Below, piece after piece: positions 38,301-49,329 of a DNA stretch of 60,629 bases; position 1 is the stretch's first letter, and each line of letters begins with the position of its first letter. Source of the DNA: Ascoidea asiatica JCM 7603 (Eukaryota; Fungi; Ascomycota). The notes under the pieces were generated by a model, which was not told where the DNA came from, did not search any database, and was given only the letters and a program-made list of their open reading frames with translations. Location of the stretch: positions 431,092-491,720 of the forward strand of contig BCKQ01000011.1 in NCBI GenBank assembly GCA_001600695.1, given 5' to 3'. A program made the position numbers and the translations under genes.

Positions 38301-39652
38301 TTAATATTAATATTAATAGATTGTTGATCATTTAATTTTTTATCATTTTCTTGTAATTTTTTTCTTTTAATTAAATTTTCTTTATCAGATTCAAAATTAT
38401 GAAAAATTCTATTAAAATTTTTTATTATTTCAAATTCTTCATTAACTTCAATAATTGGATTTACTTCATTTACATTATTTACATTATTAACATTATTTAC
38501 ATCATTTAGAAGATTACTTGACTGAATATTTGATTTATTGTTTGAAAGTTTATTTGTTTTTGTATTTGTATTTGTATTAGAATTGTCGTTAATATTATTG
38601 GAATTATTATTAGTTGATGATATTTGTAATTGAGATTGAGATTGAGATTGAAGTTTTGATGGAGAGTTAATGGATAATGGAGTAATTATAGTAGGTAAAT
38701 TTGAATCATCATTTAATTGTAATTGAATTATTAAACAATTATTTTTTTGTTTATATTTCTTAAGTATTAAATCATTTTCATTTTCTTTTGTAATTGTATT
38801 TTCATTTGTAATTTCATTTTCTTTTTTCAATTCTTTATTGGGTTCTTCATTATTATTATCATTATCATCATCATCTTCTTCATCAAAGTCATAATCATCA
38901 TCTTCATCTCTTATTTTACTTATTTCCTTTTTAGATTCTATTTCTTTATTTATATTATTATTATTAATAGTAGAAATGTCATGATTTTGAAAATCATTAT
39001 CAATGTTATCATTATCATTATCATCATCATCATCAGAATCTAGATTATATTGATCAAATAATTTGAAATCATTTAAGTTTATAGAATTATTAAAATCATT
39101 ATTATTAAATTTTTTATCGATATTATTTGTGAAATTATTAAAATAAAAATAATCAATAACTTTATCATATAATAAATATTTAATTTTCAAAACTAAAGAA
39201 TTTGAATAAATTAAACCTTTTTGAAAATCATGATCATTTATTTCATTATTATTTTCATTATTACTTATTATATTTGAATCAATTTTTAATTTTTTTATCG
39301 GCGGTTGATTATCATTATCAATATCATTATTATTGGATATATTATTTGAAATATTAATGATGGAAGATGATGAATTTTTAAAAATTATTGAAATTTTATT
39401 ATTCATGAAATAATTCCAAATCAATTTACTTTCATTTAAATTTAAATTATTATTGAATATGAACTTTAAGATTAAAAATTGATGATTATTTAAATATATA
39501 TTAAAGAAATTATTTAAATTGAATAATTTTTTAGTAATTGAATATAAATGTTTAATATCATTAAATTTGAATATTTCTAAAACATTATTTGAATTTGAAT
39601 TTAAATTTGAATTTGAATTTAAATTTAAATTTGAATTTGGCTCTAGTATCAT
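35342..39652 (-). CDS. SPT7: SAGA scaffold subunit with bromodomain
   Basis: [31 protein letters not shown], bromodomain [21 protein letters not shown]...IWNNCLTYN, and [21 protein letters not shown]. Confidence 0.96.
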   Translation of the reverse strand: [1436 protein letters not shown]

Positions 39653-40127
39653 TTATGAATATTATAACAATTATTAAATAGATATGATAATTGAAGATTA
39701 GATATTGATTGAATTGGAATGAATCGAGAATATATTTGATAGTATTATTGAAGTGTATTATTTATTTATTTATTTATCTATTTATTATTATTATTATATT
39801 ATTATTTACTTCTTCTATTTCAATTTCTTTTATTTCATGCTCGTTTTCAGATTTTCACTCAAAAACCGATTCAAAAGCGCACCGCCACACCAGCCGCGCA
39901 ATATCCGATCACAGACACCGTGGCGGTGCACTCAGAATCGATTGCAAAAAGAAAAAAAAAGCAAACAAAACGAGAATACAAAAAGAGAATGGAAGATATA
40001 ATGAATATAGGTGAAAGAATAGAGAATAGAGAATAGAGAATAGAGAATAGAGAATAGAGAACTGATTGATAGAGGAAGAACAACAGAAGTAATCAAGTAT
40101 TACAGACAAGACTCATATAGACTCGAA
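39653..40127. promoter_or_regulatory. SPT7/TAF13 bidirectional promoter with inverted GTGGCGGTGC pair and (GAGAATA)n run
   Basis: GCACCGCCAC at 39879-39888 and GTGGCGGTGC at 39920-39929; 7-bp repeat at ~40015-40060. Confidence 0.6.
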
Positions 40128-40493
40128 ATGGCAAAAGCTAAACCAAGATCAAAAGCTGGAAAGAAGAAAACCACCAAAACAATCACCAAGAAGAAATCTC
40201 CAATTTTTCATAATGATATAGAAAATATACTTTTAGCATTTGAACCAAATCCATTACCAGAATCAATTGATTGTTTACAAGATATTTTAATTGAATATTT
40301 ATCTGATATAATAATTCAAAGTTCAAAAATTGCAAATTATTCAAATAAATCAAAAATTAAAGTTGAAGATTTACAATTTGTTTTAAGAAATGATCCAATA
40401 AAATCTGGTAGATTAAATGATGTTGTAAGTTTAAAATCTGATTTAGATAATGCAAGAAAAATGTTCGATAAAAAAAAAGTAGCCTTTGAATAA
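40128..40493 (+). CDS. TAF13: TFIID subunit 13 (TFIID-18kDa histone fold)
   Basis: F.NDIENILLAF..NPLPES...L.DIL.EY...KIKVEDLQFVLRNDP.K.GR...ARK.FD matches the Taf13 pattern. Confidence 0.85.
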   Translation: MAKAKPRSKAGKKKTTKTITKKKSPIFHNDIENILLAFEPNPLPESIDCLQDILIEYLSDIIIQSSKIANYSNKSKIKVEDLQFVLRNDPIKSGRLNDVVSLKSDLDNARKMFDKKKVAFE

Positions 40494-40560
40494 TATACAT
40501 ATATATATATATATAATGAATATATAATAATAATGTACTATAGATTAATATTAATGATTT

Positions 40561-43500
40561 TTAATAACTTAATAAACTTTTCAATTCAAATTCTTTTATT
40601 TTAGGTATTTCAATTTCTGGAATGAAATATATTTCTCCAAATTCATCAATTCTTTCTCTTTCTTTTGATTTACCATCAACAGTTTCAATTTCATTTCCAT
40701 TTCCATTCTTGATATAAATCTCATTAATATTATCTTTTAATAAATCTATAACTTCAATAATAATTTTTTGTAATTCATATGATTTTTTAATATTCTTATT
40801 TCTAATTAATCCCTCGATTAAATTATTACAATCCAAATCAATTGTTTTATTTAATCTTTCAATTAATCTACCAATACTATTAATTAAATATTCTTCTTCA
40901 TAAATTGTACCTTTTTTACCTTTTGCTTTTTTTCTATCTTCTCTTTTTTTATTCTTTATTGTTCTTCTAGAAACTCCAGTTTTTGCAGTACCTGATGTTT
41001 TACCTGTATATCTTGTAAAAAATGATTCTTTTGATGATAATATTGATGATGCAATTGAAATATTATCTGAAATATCTATATTACCATTCATATTTTCATT
41101 TCCATTATTAAAAAATTCTCCATTATAATATATATTTAATTCTTCTTTTTTCTTTATTCGAATTTCTCTTAATCTTTTAATTTGTGATTTAATTTGTCCT
41201 TTAAAATCATTAAATAATTCAATCATATCTCCAAATGATTCATTTAATTGTTCAATAATAATTTCTTTTAATTCTTTTCCATTTTTTTTATTATTTTCAC
41301 TAATTAATAATATTGCTTCATCAAATTTAAATGATTTACAATATAATTTTATACATTCTTCAATATTTTTATTATAATAATATTCAATTTTACCTGCTTC
41401 ATAATATCTATGTTCATCAATTAATAACATTATTAATCTATCATAAATATTTTTTTTAAATTCTAAATTATATTCTTCTTTATCACTTAAACTTAAATAA
41501 TTTAAATTTGAAATTGCTCTTTCCCAATTTTTACCTAAACAATAACATTCAATACTTTCTTTATAATTATTTAACATTTCATATCCTAATCCAGCTTCAG
41601 TAAAATTTTTATCTTCTTCTTTTAAATATAAACAATAATATTCTAAAATTTGTTTAAATCTTTTATCATTATATTGATATAAATTTAAAGCTTCTTTATA
41701 TAATGAATGTTCTATAACATAATTATCAAATTCTTCTTCATTAATATCTTCTTCATTATATTCTTTTTTATAATTTTCATCTTCCAACATTAAATATAAA
41801 TTATTTAATCCACTTTTATATCTTTTAAGAAAATCATCAATTAAAAATTTTCTTCTTAATTCTTTTTTAATATATAAATTATTTAAAAATGGTAAATATT
41901 CTTTTGGATCTTTTTGTGATTTTTCTGCAATTAATAATGTTAATTTTATATAATAAAATCCTAAAGATTCTAAATATAAATAATTAACATCTTGTAAGAA
42001 ACATAAATATTCAATACTTTGATCTAAAATTTCTAAATCTTTAATATTTGAAATTAATAAAAAAACTTCTTTTAAATTTGGTGGATTTTGACATGCATAT
42101 AATGTTATTATTGTTTTTAAATATATTTTTTTATATTCTTCATTATTTAATAATACTTTTAAAATTGAATTACAAATTTTATTTATTTTCGAATCTTTAA
42201 CTGTAATTATTTCTTTTTTATTATGAATAATTTTATTTTGAGTATTTTTTATAGGTTCTGAATTTTCAATTGATAATTTTTCAAAATTTTTTTCTAAGCT
42301 TGTATCTTTTTTAACTTTATGATCATAAATTATATTTAAAGTTTCTTTATATTTTGTTTCTGCAACATTTTCTTCATGTAAACATGAAACAAATAAATTT
42401 AAATAATCAACTTTTTTAATTTCTTTAATGAAAATTTCAACATTATTTAAAAATAATTCAGGTTTATAATCATATAATATATCTAAATCTATACGATTTA
42501 TACGACATTTTAAAAATGCTTCTAAATAATTTTTTGATTCAATTTTTTTTCTAATATCATTTAAAATCATTATTCTTGGATATATAGTTTCTAAATTACC
42601 TCTTGGAGCTTGTAAAATAATTGATGATTTATGAGATATTGTGGAAATTAATAATGATCCTCTTTCAATACTTCTTACTCGTTCATCAATGAATTTAAAA
42701 TTATTATTTTCATTATTATAATTATTATTTTTATTTAAATTATTACTTTTACCATTACTTTTATAATGTTCAATTGTATTAGAATTATCATTTGAATTAG
42801 CTTCAAAATTTATATCTTCAATTGTTAAATCAAAAATTTTTGAATTTATATGAAAAAATTTTAATAAATTTTTTGTTGATGTATACATTAAATATGAATC
42901 TGTTAATTTAAATGATGTAACTCCAGAAACAAATAATTTATTATTTAAATAAAGTTTTCCATCTTGAGATAAACCAAAAGAAATATTTAAAAGTTCTTTT
43001 ATTTCATTAGGCTCAGAAACTTCATTCCAAATATTATTTGGATCTTCATATTCAAATTTGTATTTTATTCCATTTGAATTAGTTAATTCTTCTTCATCAT
43101 CTTTTTCTTCAATAATTTGAGTAAAAGAATAATCTGATGTATATTCAGGAAATTTAGATATTTCTTTATATTTATAATTTTCAATTGATTCATAATCTTC
43201 ATATAAATAAACTCTTCCATCATTAGTCTGAAAAGTCAATTTTTCATAATCTAAAGATGATTTTATTGAAATAATATTTAAATTTTCTTTAGTTGATTTT
43301 GATAAAATTTTTGGAAGTTTTGAATTTGAAACATCAATAAATAAAATGTAAGATTTGATTTCTTCAGAATTAAAATTTGAATCAATTAAAACAGAAATTA
43401 AATCATTATTCAAGAAAGAAATCTTTCTTGCAGATTCATTATTATTAATTTGTAAATCAATTTTTGACAAAAGTTTTGGAGTTGATTCAAAATCATCGTA

Positions 43501-45174
43501 ATCTTCTTCAATTGATTTAGAAGTTAAATGAATTTGATTTAAATTTGATAATATTGCAAATAAATTATTATTTTTTGAAATTGATATATCAACAATACTT
43601 GAATAATCATTATTACTATTATCATTATTATCAATTGCATATTGGAATTGGAACATTGGAGGAGGTATATTACATGTTGAATAATTTGTGAAATTTGCTC
43701 TTTTACCATCAATTACAGCTATTAGACCATTATCATTTGGAGTAATTAAAGGACCTTGAATAATAGTATAATTCAAAGAAATTAATTTGATTAAACTATT
43801 ATCAAATAAAATCATTAACAGTAATGGATTTTCTTCATGCCATTTGAAATTTAAAATTCTTAAATTTGAAGAAGAATAATTCAATTGTTGTTTTAAATAC
43901 CAATGATAATTTTTATTTGTCCATAATTGAATAGAATTTTTTAATTGAATTGCTAAGATTTGATTATTTGAATTCCAATTTATACTATAAACTTTTTCAT
44001 TTAAAGGTAATCTCAAATTAAAGGAACCATGTTTTAAACCATTTTTTTCTAAAAAAATTAAATCAGAATCATATAAATTAGTATAATCAATTAATTGATA
44101 ATCTAAATCTTCATCTTGATTTAAAGTTGGAATGAATTTTCTTTGAGTTGAAGCAATTAAAATAGATTGTGGTTTCCAGGATAAATTATGTTCTAAACCA
44201 TCTAAAGGTTCAGAAATATTTTGTAATATACCTTCTCTATTAAATATTCTTATAACTCTGATATTATTTAAATTTGTTGAAATTGCGAAAAAATCAGAAT
44301 CATCTCTCCAAGAAATTTTAAAAACCTCTTTTGAATCAAATTTTGAAGGTAATCTATTATTTGAATTTGTTAAATCATGAATTAAAGTTGGATCAATAGT
44401 TCTTGTATTTGGATTGTCGTTATTTGAATTTAAATCTCTTTCTATAGCTCTTTGACCTTTACCTTTGAATTGAGTTTCTTTTTTACCCCAACCAACATTA
44501 ACATAATTTAAACTTTTTGAAAGTTTTAAATCATTTTCATCATTTAACTCAATACTGCTAATTAAATCAAAATATTTTGAAAATAATAATAAATTTAAAT
44601 TTTCATTTGATGAAGAATTATTTAAAGTTATCAAAGATAAAATTTCTTGATCATTTGACCAAGAAGCTGCTTTAATTGTACAATTTTCAAGTTGTTGAAT
44701 ATCAAATGCTTCAATTAATACTTTATCAGGGTCATAATCATCCTCATCTTCATCTTGATTTTGAATATTATAATTATCAATATTATCATTTTGAAATTCA
44801 TCTTGAAAAGAAAGTTCTGAATAATTTATCTGCATAATTTCAGAATTTGAAAAAATTAATAATATTTGATTCATTTCATTAAAATGAATAAAATTAACTA
44901 AAGTTGCATTTTCAGGAAATTGTAAAAAAGCCAATATTTTAGTTTTATTTTTATTTTTTTCATCAAGAAATCTTTGATGAATTTCAATTGAATTATCGGA
45001 TTCCTCATCGTTACCAGAATTATCATCATTTTGTTTATTTTTGAAATCTGGACCAAGAACATAAGTTATTGAATTTGAAATCGAATCAAAAGCAGAATCC
45101 AATACAACTAGATCAGGAACTAGTCTTGAAAATGGAACAATATTCTTCTGATATGAAATCGATAAGTTTCTCAT
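40561..45174 (-). CDS. IKI3: Elongator subunit 1
   Basis: MRNL start, VNVGWGKKETQFKGK, ISWRDD..FFA, NYHWYLKQ, LQAPRGNLETIYPR, SQKDPKEYLPFL, SFFTRYTGKTSGTAKTG. Confidence 0.96.
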   Translation of the reverse strand: MRNLSISYQKNIVPFSRLVPDLVVLDSAFDSISNSITYVLGPDFKNKQNDDNSGNDEESDNSIEIHQRFLDEKNKNKTKILAFLQFPENATLVNFIHFNEMNQILLIFSNSEIMQINYSELSFQDEFQNDNIDNYNIQNQDEDEDDYDPDKVLIEAFDIQQLENCTIKAASWSNDQEILSLITLNNSSSNENLNLLLFSKYFDLISSIELNDENDLKLSKSLNYVNVGWGKKETQFKGKGQRAIERDLNSNNDNPNTRTIDPTLIHDLTNSNNRLPSKFDSKEVFKISWRDDSDFFAISTNLNNIRVIRIFNREGILQNISEPLDGLEHNLSWKPQSILIASTQRKFIPTLNQDEDLDYQLIDYTNLYDSDLIFLEKNGLKHGSFNLRLPLNEKVYSINWNSNNQILAIQLKNSIQLWTNKNYHWYLKQQLNYSSSNLRILNFKWHEENPLLLMILFDNSLIKLISLNYTIIQGPLITPNDNGLIAVIDGKRANFTNYSTCNIPPPMFQFQYAIDNNDNSNNDYSSIVDISISKNNNLFAILSNLNQIHLTSKSIEEDYDDFESTPKLLSKIDLQINNNESARKISFLNNDLISVLIDSNFNSEEIKSYILFIDVSNSKLPKILSKSTKENLNIISIKSSLDYEKLTFQTNDGRVYLYEDYESIENYKYKEISKFPEYTSDYSFTQIIEEKDDEEELTNSNGIKYKFEYEDPNNIWNEVSEPNEIKELLNISFGLSQDGKLYLNNKLFVSGVTSFKLTDSYLMYTSTKNLLKFFHINSKIFDLTIEDINFEANSNDNSNTIEHYKSNGKSNNLNKNNNYNNENNNFKFIDERVRSIERGSLLISTISHKSSIILQAPRGNLETIYPRIMILNDIRKKIESKNYLEAFLKCRINRIDLDILYDYKPELFLNNVEIFIKEIKKVDYLNLFVSCLHEENVAETKYKETLNIIYDHKVKKDTSLEKNFEKLSIENSEPIKNTQNKIIHNKKEIITVKDSKINKICNSILKVLLNNEEYKKIYLKTIITLYACQNPPNLKEVFLLISNIKDLEILDQSIEYLCFLQDVNYLYLESLGFYYIKLTLLIAEKSQKDPKEYLPFLNNLYIKKELRRKFLIDDFLKRYKSGLNNLYLMLEDENYKKEYNEEDINEEEFDNYVIEHSLYKEALNLYQYNDKRFKQILEYYCLYLKEEDKNFTEAGLGYEMLNNYKESIECYCLGKNWERAISNLNYLSLSDKEEYNLEFKKNIYDRLIMLLIDEHRYYEAGKIEYYYNKNIEECIKLYCKSFKFDEAILLISENNKKNGKELKEIIIEQLNESFGDMIELFNDFKGQIKSQIKRLREIRIKKKEELNIYYNGEFFNNGNENMNGNIDISDNISIASSILSSKESFFTRYTGKTSGTAKTGVSRRTIKNKKREDRKKAKGKKGTIYEEEYLINSIGRLIERLNKTIDLDCNNLIEGLIRNKNIKKSYELQKIIIEVIDLLKDNINEIYIKNGNGNEIETVDGKSKERERIDEFGEIYFIPEIEIPKIKEFELKSLLSY

Positions 45175-45337
45175 TGTAAAAGTAGTTATCTTCCAATTAT
45201 TGCCTGATTGTTTACTACAAACTCAATACTTAAATATTACTTCTTTTAAAGCAATTATTTTTCAATTTACTCAAGTTCTCAAAATTATTCCAAGTTTTAA
45301 AGCTTTTTTTCTTTAATAAGTTGCAATTAAAAAATCT

Positions 45338-45360
45338 TCGAAAAATTTTGCTGATCAAAA
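45338..45360. promoter_or_regulatory. RRPE-like element upstream of IKI3/ELP1
   Basis: GAAAAATTTT followed by GCTGATC (PAC-like, one mismatch to GCTCATC), ~170 bp upstream of the start. Confidence 0.45.
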
Positions 45361-45817
45361 GAAACTGTTACTGTATACGTGAATGCTGGATGGTTCCCGT
45401 ATCCGGACGTGCTCCAATCAGTTGAAAACCTTAAAAGGAATGTTTTTATTTTGTTTATTTGTTAACGTTGTGAATTTGATGAATTTAAGCGCCGATAGAA
45501 ACAGTGAAAAAGAATTGAGAAAGAATTGAAGATTTGGTAAAGAATTAATTATTGAAATTCAGAGGAAAGTGATTGATCAATTCAGAGTCTCGTCAGTGAA
45601 GGAGTGAGAAGAAATTGTGTCTAAAAGGCTTTGTCTGGGAGACTTGATGATTGAAACAAGAGGAAAAGAGATTCATGAGAAAAACAACAGAAAAGCAAAC
45701 GAATTATTTTGAATTATAAAATAGATATTGAAGGGAGAGTTTGTTAATTTCATAAAGACTAATGGAAATACATATATTGCAATTTCAGATATTGATTGTA
45801 AGTTAATATAATTCAAA

Positions 45818-48460
45818 ATGAGTGATTCGGGCTTCACCCTTCCAAAAAACAATAGTAGAAAATTGAGTGATCTGGGGAATAAGTATTCGAATCCTCTTTC
45901 AAGTTCAGAAAATTCAATACCTTCATCATCGCAATCATCATTTTTAAATGAAATGAAAGATACTTTAGATTATGAAGAAGAAATTGAAACTATTTCTAGT
46001 GATAATGCTAATGATTTTCAAGCATATGAGGATCAATCAAAAGAAGATTATTCAATAATAAGTGATTCTGAGAATGAAACTTTGACAAATAGTAGTGGAA
46101 GTTCAGATGATTTTGAACCATTGGGAGTCATTGATAGAAGTAAGAAAAAATTTATTACACCAATTAAAAATCCTGCAATTATAACTGAATCTGGTGAAAC
46201 TTTGAAACCAATATTAAAAAATTACAAAATTAATAATGTTTATGAAAGTTTTGAAAAATTTAAAAGTATTGGTAAAAGAATTTCAAGAAAACGAAGAAAA
46301 AGATCTTCAAGTTCAATTGATTATTCCAAAGACGATTCAAATAAAAAAATAAAAGGCTCTTCGGCCATTAAATTAAATCAAAGATTAAAAAATTTCAAGA
46401 ATTTAAATGAGGAGAATTTCAATTATTTAAATAATTTTAGTTTAAATGATGAAAGTTTTGATTATGAAAATGATAATGAAATTAATGATGAAATCAATGG
46501 TGAAATTAACGATGAAATTAACAATGAAATCAATGCTGAAAATGAAATTACTACTGGAAACAAAGTCATAAATGAAAATGAAATGAATAATGATAATTAT
46601 AATCATAAAGAAAATGAAAATGAAGTTAATAATGAGATGAAAAAGAAAAATGAAAATGAAAATGATACAGTAACTGAGTCTGAGACTGATAATGAAACTG
46701 GTAATAAAATCGAAACTGGGATGAAAATCGATAATGTAAATCTCGCACTTCCTTTAATATCGGAAAATAATATCAAAAATATTGAAAATGAAAAAAATAT
46801 ACTGAATAAAAACAATTCAAGTATTAATAATAAAATTTTAAAAAAAAAAAATAATATAGAACGAAGACTTTCTTTACATTATAAATCATTTTTTGACTCA
46901 TCTCTTGGGGTTCTTCAATCATCTGCAGCAACATTTATTCCAATAAATTTTTCAAAAAAAAACTATGAAGGTTTTAATTATTTTTCAAAAAATTATTCTT
47001 TGAATGATAACAATAATAAAAAAGATAATTTATCATTGATTTCAAGCATTTATTTATCAATTTTAAATCCCAAATTCATTGAAGAATCACGTTTATTAAA
47101 AAATTCATTAAAATTTAAATTTGAATTATTTAATAATGAAAATAATTGGATTTTTAATCAATTTGGTTTTACAAAAAATTATTATGATAAAAACAAAAAT
47201 TTTGTAAATTTTATAAATATTTCAACTTTAAGAGGTTTTATAGTTGATGATTATAAAAATATATATAAAAATTATAAAAATGAAATTGAAATTTTAAATC
47301 TTGAACAAAATGATTTAAAAATTAAAAATCTAAATTCAAATTCAAATTACAAATTAATCAATTTTTTAAATATTGTTGATTTAAATAAAATTTTGAAATT
47401 AAAAATTCAAGATTGTATAAAAATTTTTGAAAATTATTTAAATTTATCAATTAATATAAAATTATTAAATCAATTTATTGTATTTTATGTTCATCCAGTT
47501 AATTTTAGAATTGATAATAATGTTTATTATGATAATTCAGAAAATTTATATTATTTTAAAATTATTCAATATATTAAACTAGAACCAATTGGTAATGAAA
47601 TAATTTTAGAATCTTGTTTACAACCATTAATTGTTGAATTACTTTTATATGTTAGATTACCAGGTATAATAAAAAATGATAATAACAATTATAATTTTAA
47701 TTTTCAAAATGTTTATCATAAGTTAAATAGTTATAAATTAATTGATACTGATAAAGATTTTGGTGAGGCATATTTAGTAAATGGAAATTTTAATAAAGAA
47801 TTAGATTTGATGATTATAACTATTAAACAATCATTTATTTTTGATAAAGAATTTAAATTACAAATTTATAAAAATGAATTTAATGAAAATGATTTTGGGT
47901 TATTAATGCAGTTACCAAAAAGATATTTATTTGATAAAAAATCACGAGTTAAATTAGGATTAAATGAAGATAATACAATTTTTGAAAAAAGATATTTTTA
48001 TAGAGAAGATTTAAATATTAGTAATTCAAATGAAGAAATTGAAGAAGATGAAATGAAAAGTGAGAATAAGAGTGAAGAAATTTTCAAAATACCAAAAAAT
48101 TCTGAAATCTTTGAAATTATTAATAAAGATAATCGTTTTAATGATATGATAATTCTCCGAAATAGGAAAAAAGTTAAATTTGATCTTAGTAAAGAAAATA
48201 ATAAAATTAATAACAATCATGAAAATAATATGGAAGAATTTCATGAAAAGTGTGAAAATGAATTAGCAAATGAAATAAGTAATCCAATAAGTGATTCAGC
48301 AGATAATTTAAGTGATTCAATGAATGATTCAATAAATGATTCAATAGAAGATTTAATAGAAGATAATAAGGATGAAGAATATAATAATAAAGAATATTCT
48401 AATGAAGAATCGATAATAAATGATTTAGAATTATTAGATGAAATTGAGAATCTTTTTTAA
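45818..48460 (+). CDS. Orphan 880-aa protein; acidic termini, central globular region, KPILK and KKVKF motifs
   Basis: 2.6 kb ORF with ATG in A-rich context; no family recognised. Confidence 0.8.
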   Translation: MSDSGFTLPKNNSRKLSDLGNKYSNPLSSSENSIPSSSQSSFLNEMKDTLDYEEEIETISSDNANDFQAYEDQSKEDYSIISDSENETLTNSSGSSDDFEPLGVIDRSKKKFITPIKNPAIITESGETLKPILKNYKINNVYESFEKFKSIGKRISRKRRKRSSSSIDYSKDDSNKKIKGSSAIKLNQRLKNFKNLNEENFNYLNNFSLNDESFDYENDNEINDEINGEINDEINNEINAENEITTGNKVINENEMNNDNYNHKENENEVNNEMKKKNENENDTVTESETDNETGNKIETGMKIDNVNLALPLISENNIKNIENEKNILNKNNSSINNKILKKKNNIERRLSLHYKSFFDSSLGVLQSSAATFIPINFSKKNYEGFNYFSKNYSLNDNNNKKDNLSLISSIYLSILNPKFIEESRLLKNSLKFKFELFNNENNWIFNQFGFTKNYYDKNKNFVNFINISTLRGFIVDDYKNIYKNYKNEIEILNLEQNDLKIKNLNSNSNYKLINFLNIVDLNKILKLKIQDCIKIFENYLNLSINIKLLNQFIVFYVHPVNFRIDNNVYYDNSENLYYFKIIQYIKLEPIGNEIILESCLQPLIVELLLYVRLPGIIKNDNNNYNFNFQNVYHKLNSYKLIDTDKDFGEAYLVNGNFNKELDLMIITIKQSFIFDKEFKLQIYKNEFNENDFGLLMQLPKRYLFDKKSRVKLGLNEDNTIFEKRYFYREDLNISNSNEEIEEDEMKSENKSEEIFKIPKNSEIFEIINKDNRFNDMIILRNRKKVKFDLSKENNKINNNHENNMEEFHEKCENELANEISNPISDSADNLSDSMNDSINDSIEDLIEDNKDEEYNNKEYSNEESIINDLELLDEIENLF

Positions 48461-48517
48461 GGTTTAATAAAAATGAATAAATAAATTTATTTCAAACTGA
48501 AGTAAATTTTAAAATGT

Positions 48518-49042
48518 TTAAGAGATTAAATTTAAATAATTTTTTCTATATAAATTATCAACTGGTACAGGTCTTGGAATTGCAATCCATTTTGGATCAT
48601 CTTTAAATAATCTTAAAGCATTAACATCATATTTTAAATCAAGAGTAAATCTATGATAAATGCCACTTGGTAAAATTAATAAATCATTCTTTTGAAGTTT
48701 AATTCTAATCCATTTATCAAATTTATCTCTAATATCAAAGAACCCACTACCATTTAAAATATATCTAATTTCTTCATCTTCATGAATATGTTCTTTTAAA
48801 AAAAAATCTAATTTTGACATAAATTTTGAATTATCATTATTAAAAGAATTTAAATTTAAAGTTATTTCATCTCTATTTTTATAATCTCTTTCTAAGGCTA
48901 ATTTATTTACATCTTCTAAAGAATCAAAATTATAATAAAATACATTTAAATCTTTTAATTCTTTTTCAGATACTGAAATTCCAGAATCATGATCATGTTG
49001 AGAAGAAGATTTGTCTTCTTCATCATAATAATATGCTTTCAT
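48518..49042 (-). CDS. ADI1: Acireductone dioxygenase (methionine salvage)
   Basis: Cupin metal motifs EHIHEDEEIRYIL.GSGFFD and LILPSGIYHRFT, plus ALRLFKD.PKW. Confidence 0.96.
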   Translation of the reverse strand: MKAYYYDEEDKSSSQHDHDSGISVSEKELKDLNVFYYNFDSLEDVNKLALERDYKNRDEITLNLNSFNNDNSKFMSKLDFFLKEHIHEDEEIRYILNGSGFFDIRDKFDKWIRIKLQKNDLLILPSGIYHRFTLDLKYDVNALRLFKDDPKWIAIPRPVPVDNLYRKNYLNLIS

Positions 49043-49329
49043 TTTAAAATTAATATTATTGTATTTTTTGGTGATAAGTTGGGATAATTCTTTGATTATT
49101 TCACAATAAATAGCTTGATGATAGTGTATAATTGTGTATCTTTGTATATATCTGTATATAATTGGATGTTAATGTTTATATTTATATTCATGTAAATGAA
49201 TAGCTCTTGAATGACCTTAAACAGATTGAATTGAAACTGAAATATTACTAATAACCAATTGATGATTTAAAGCTCGAAAACGTTTTAACCTTTTTTCAGA
49301 GCACTCGTCGAGGTCGAATCAAAAACAAA

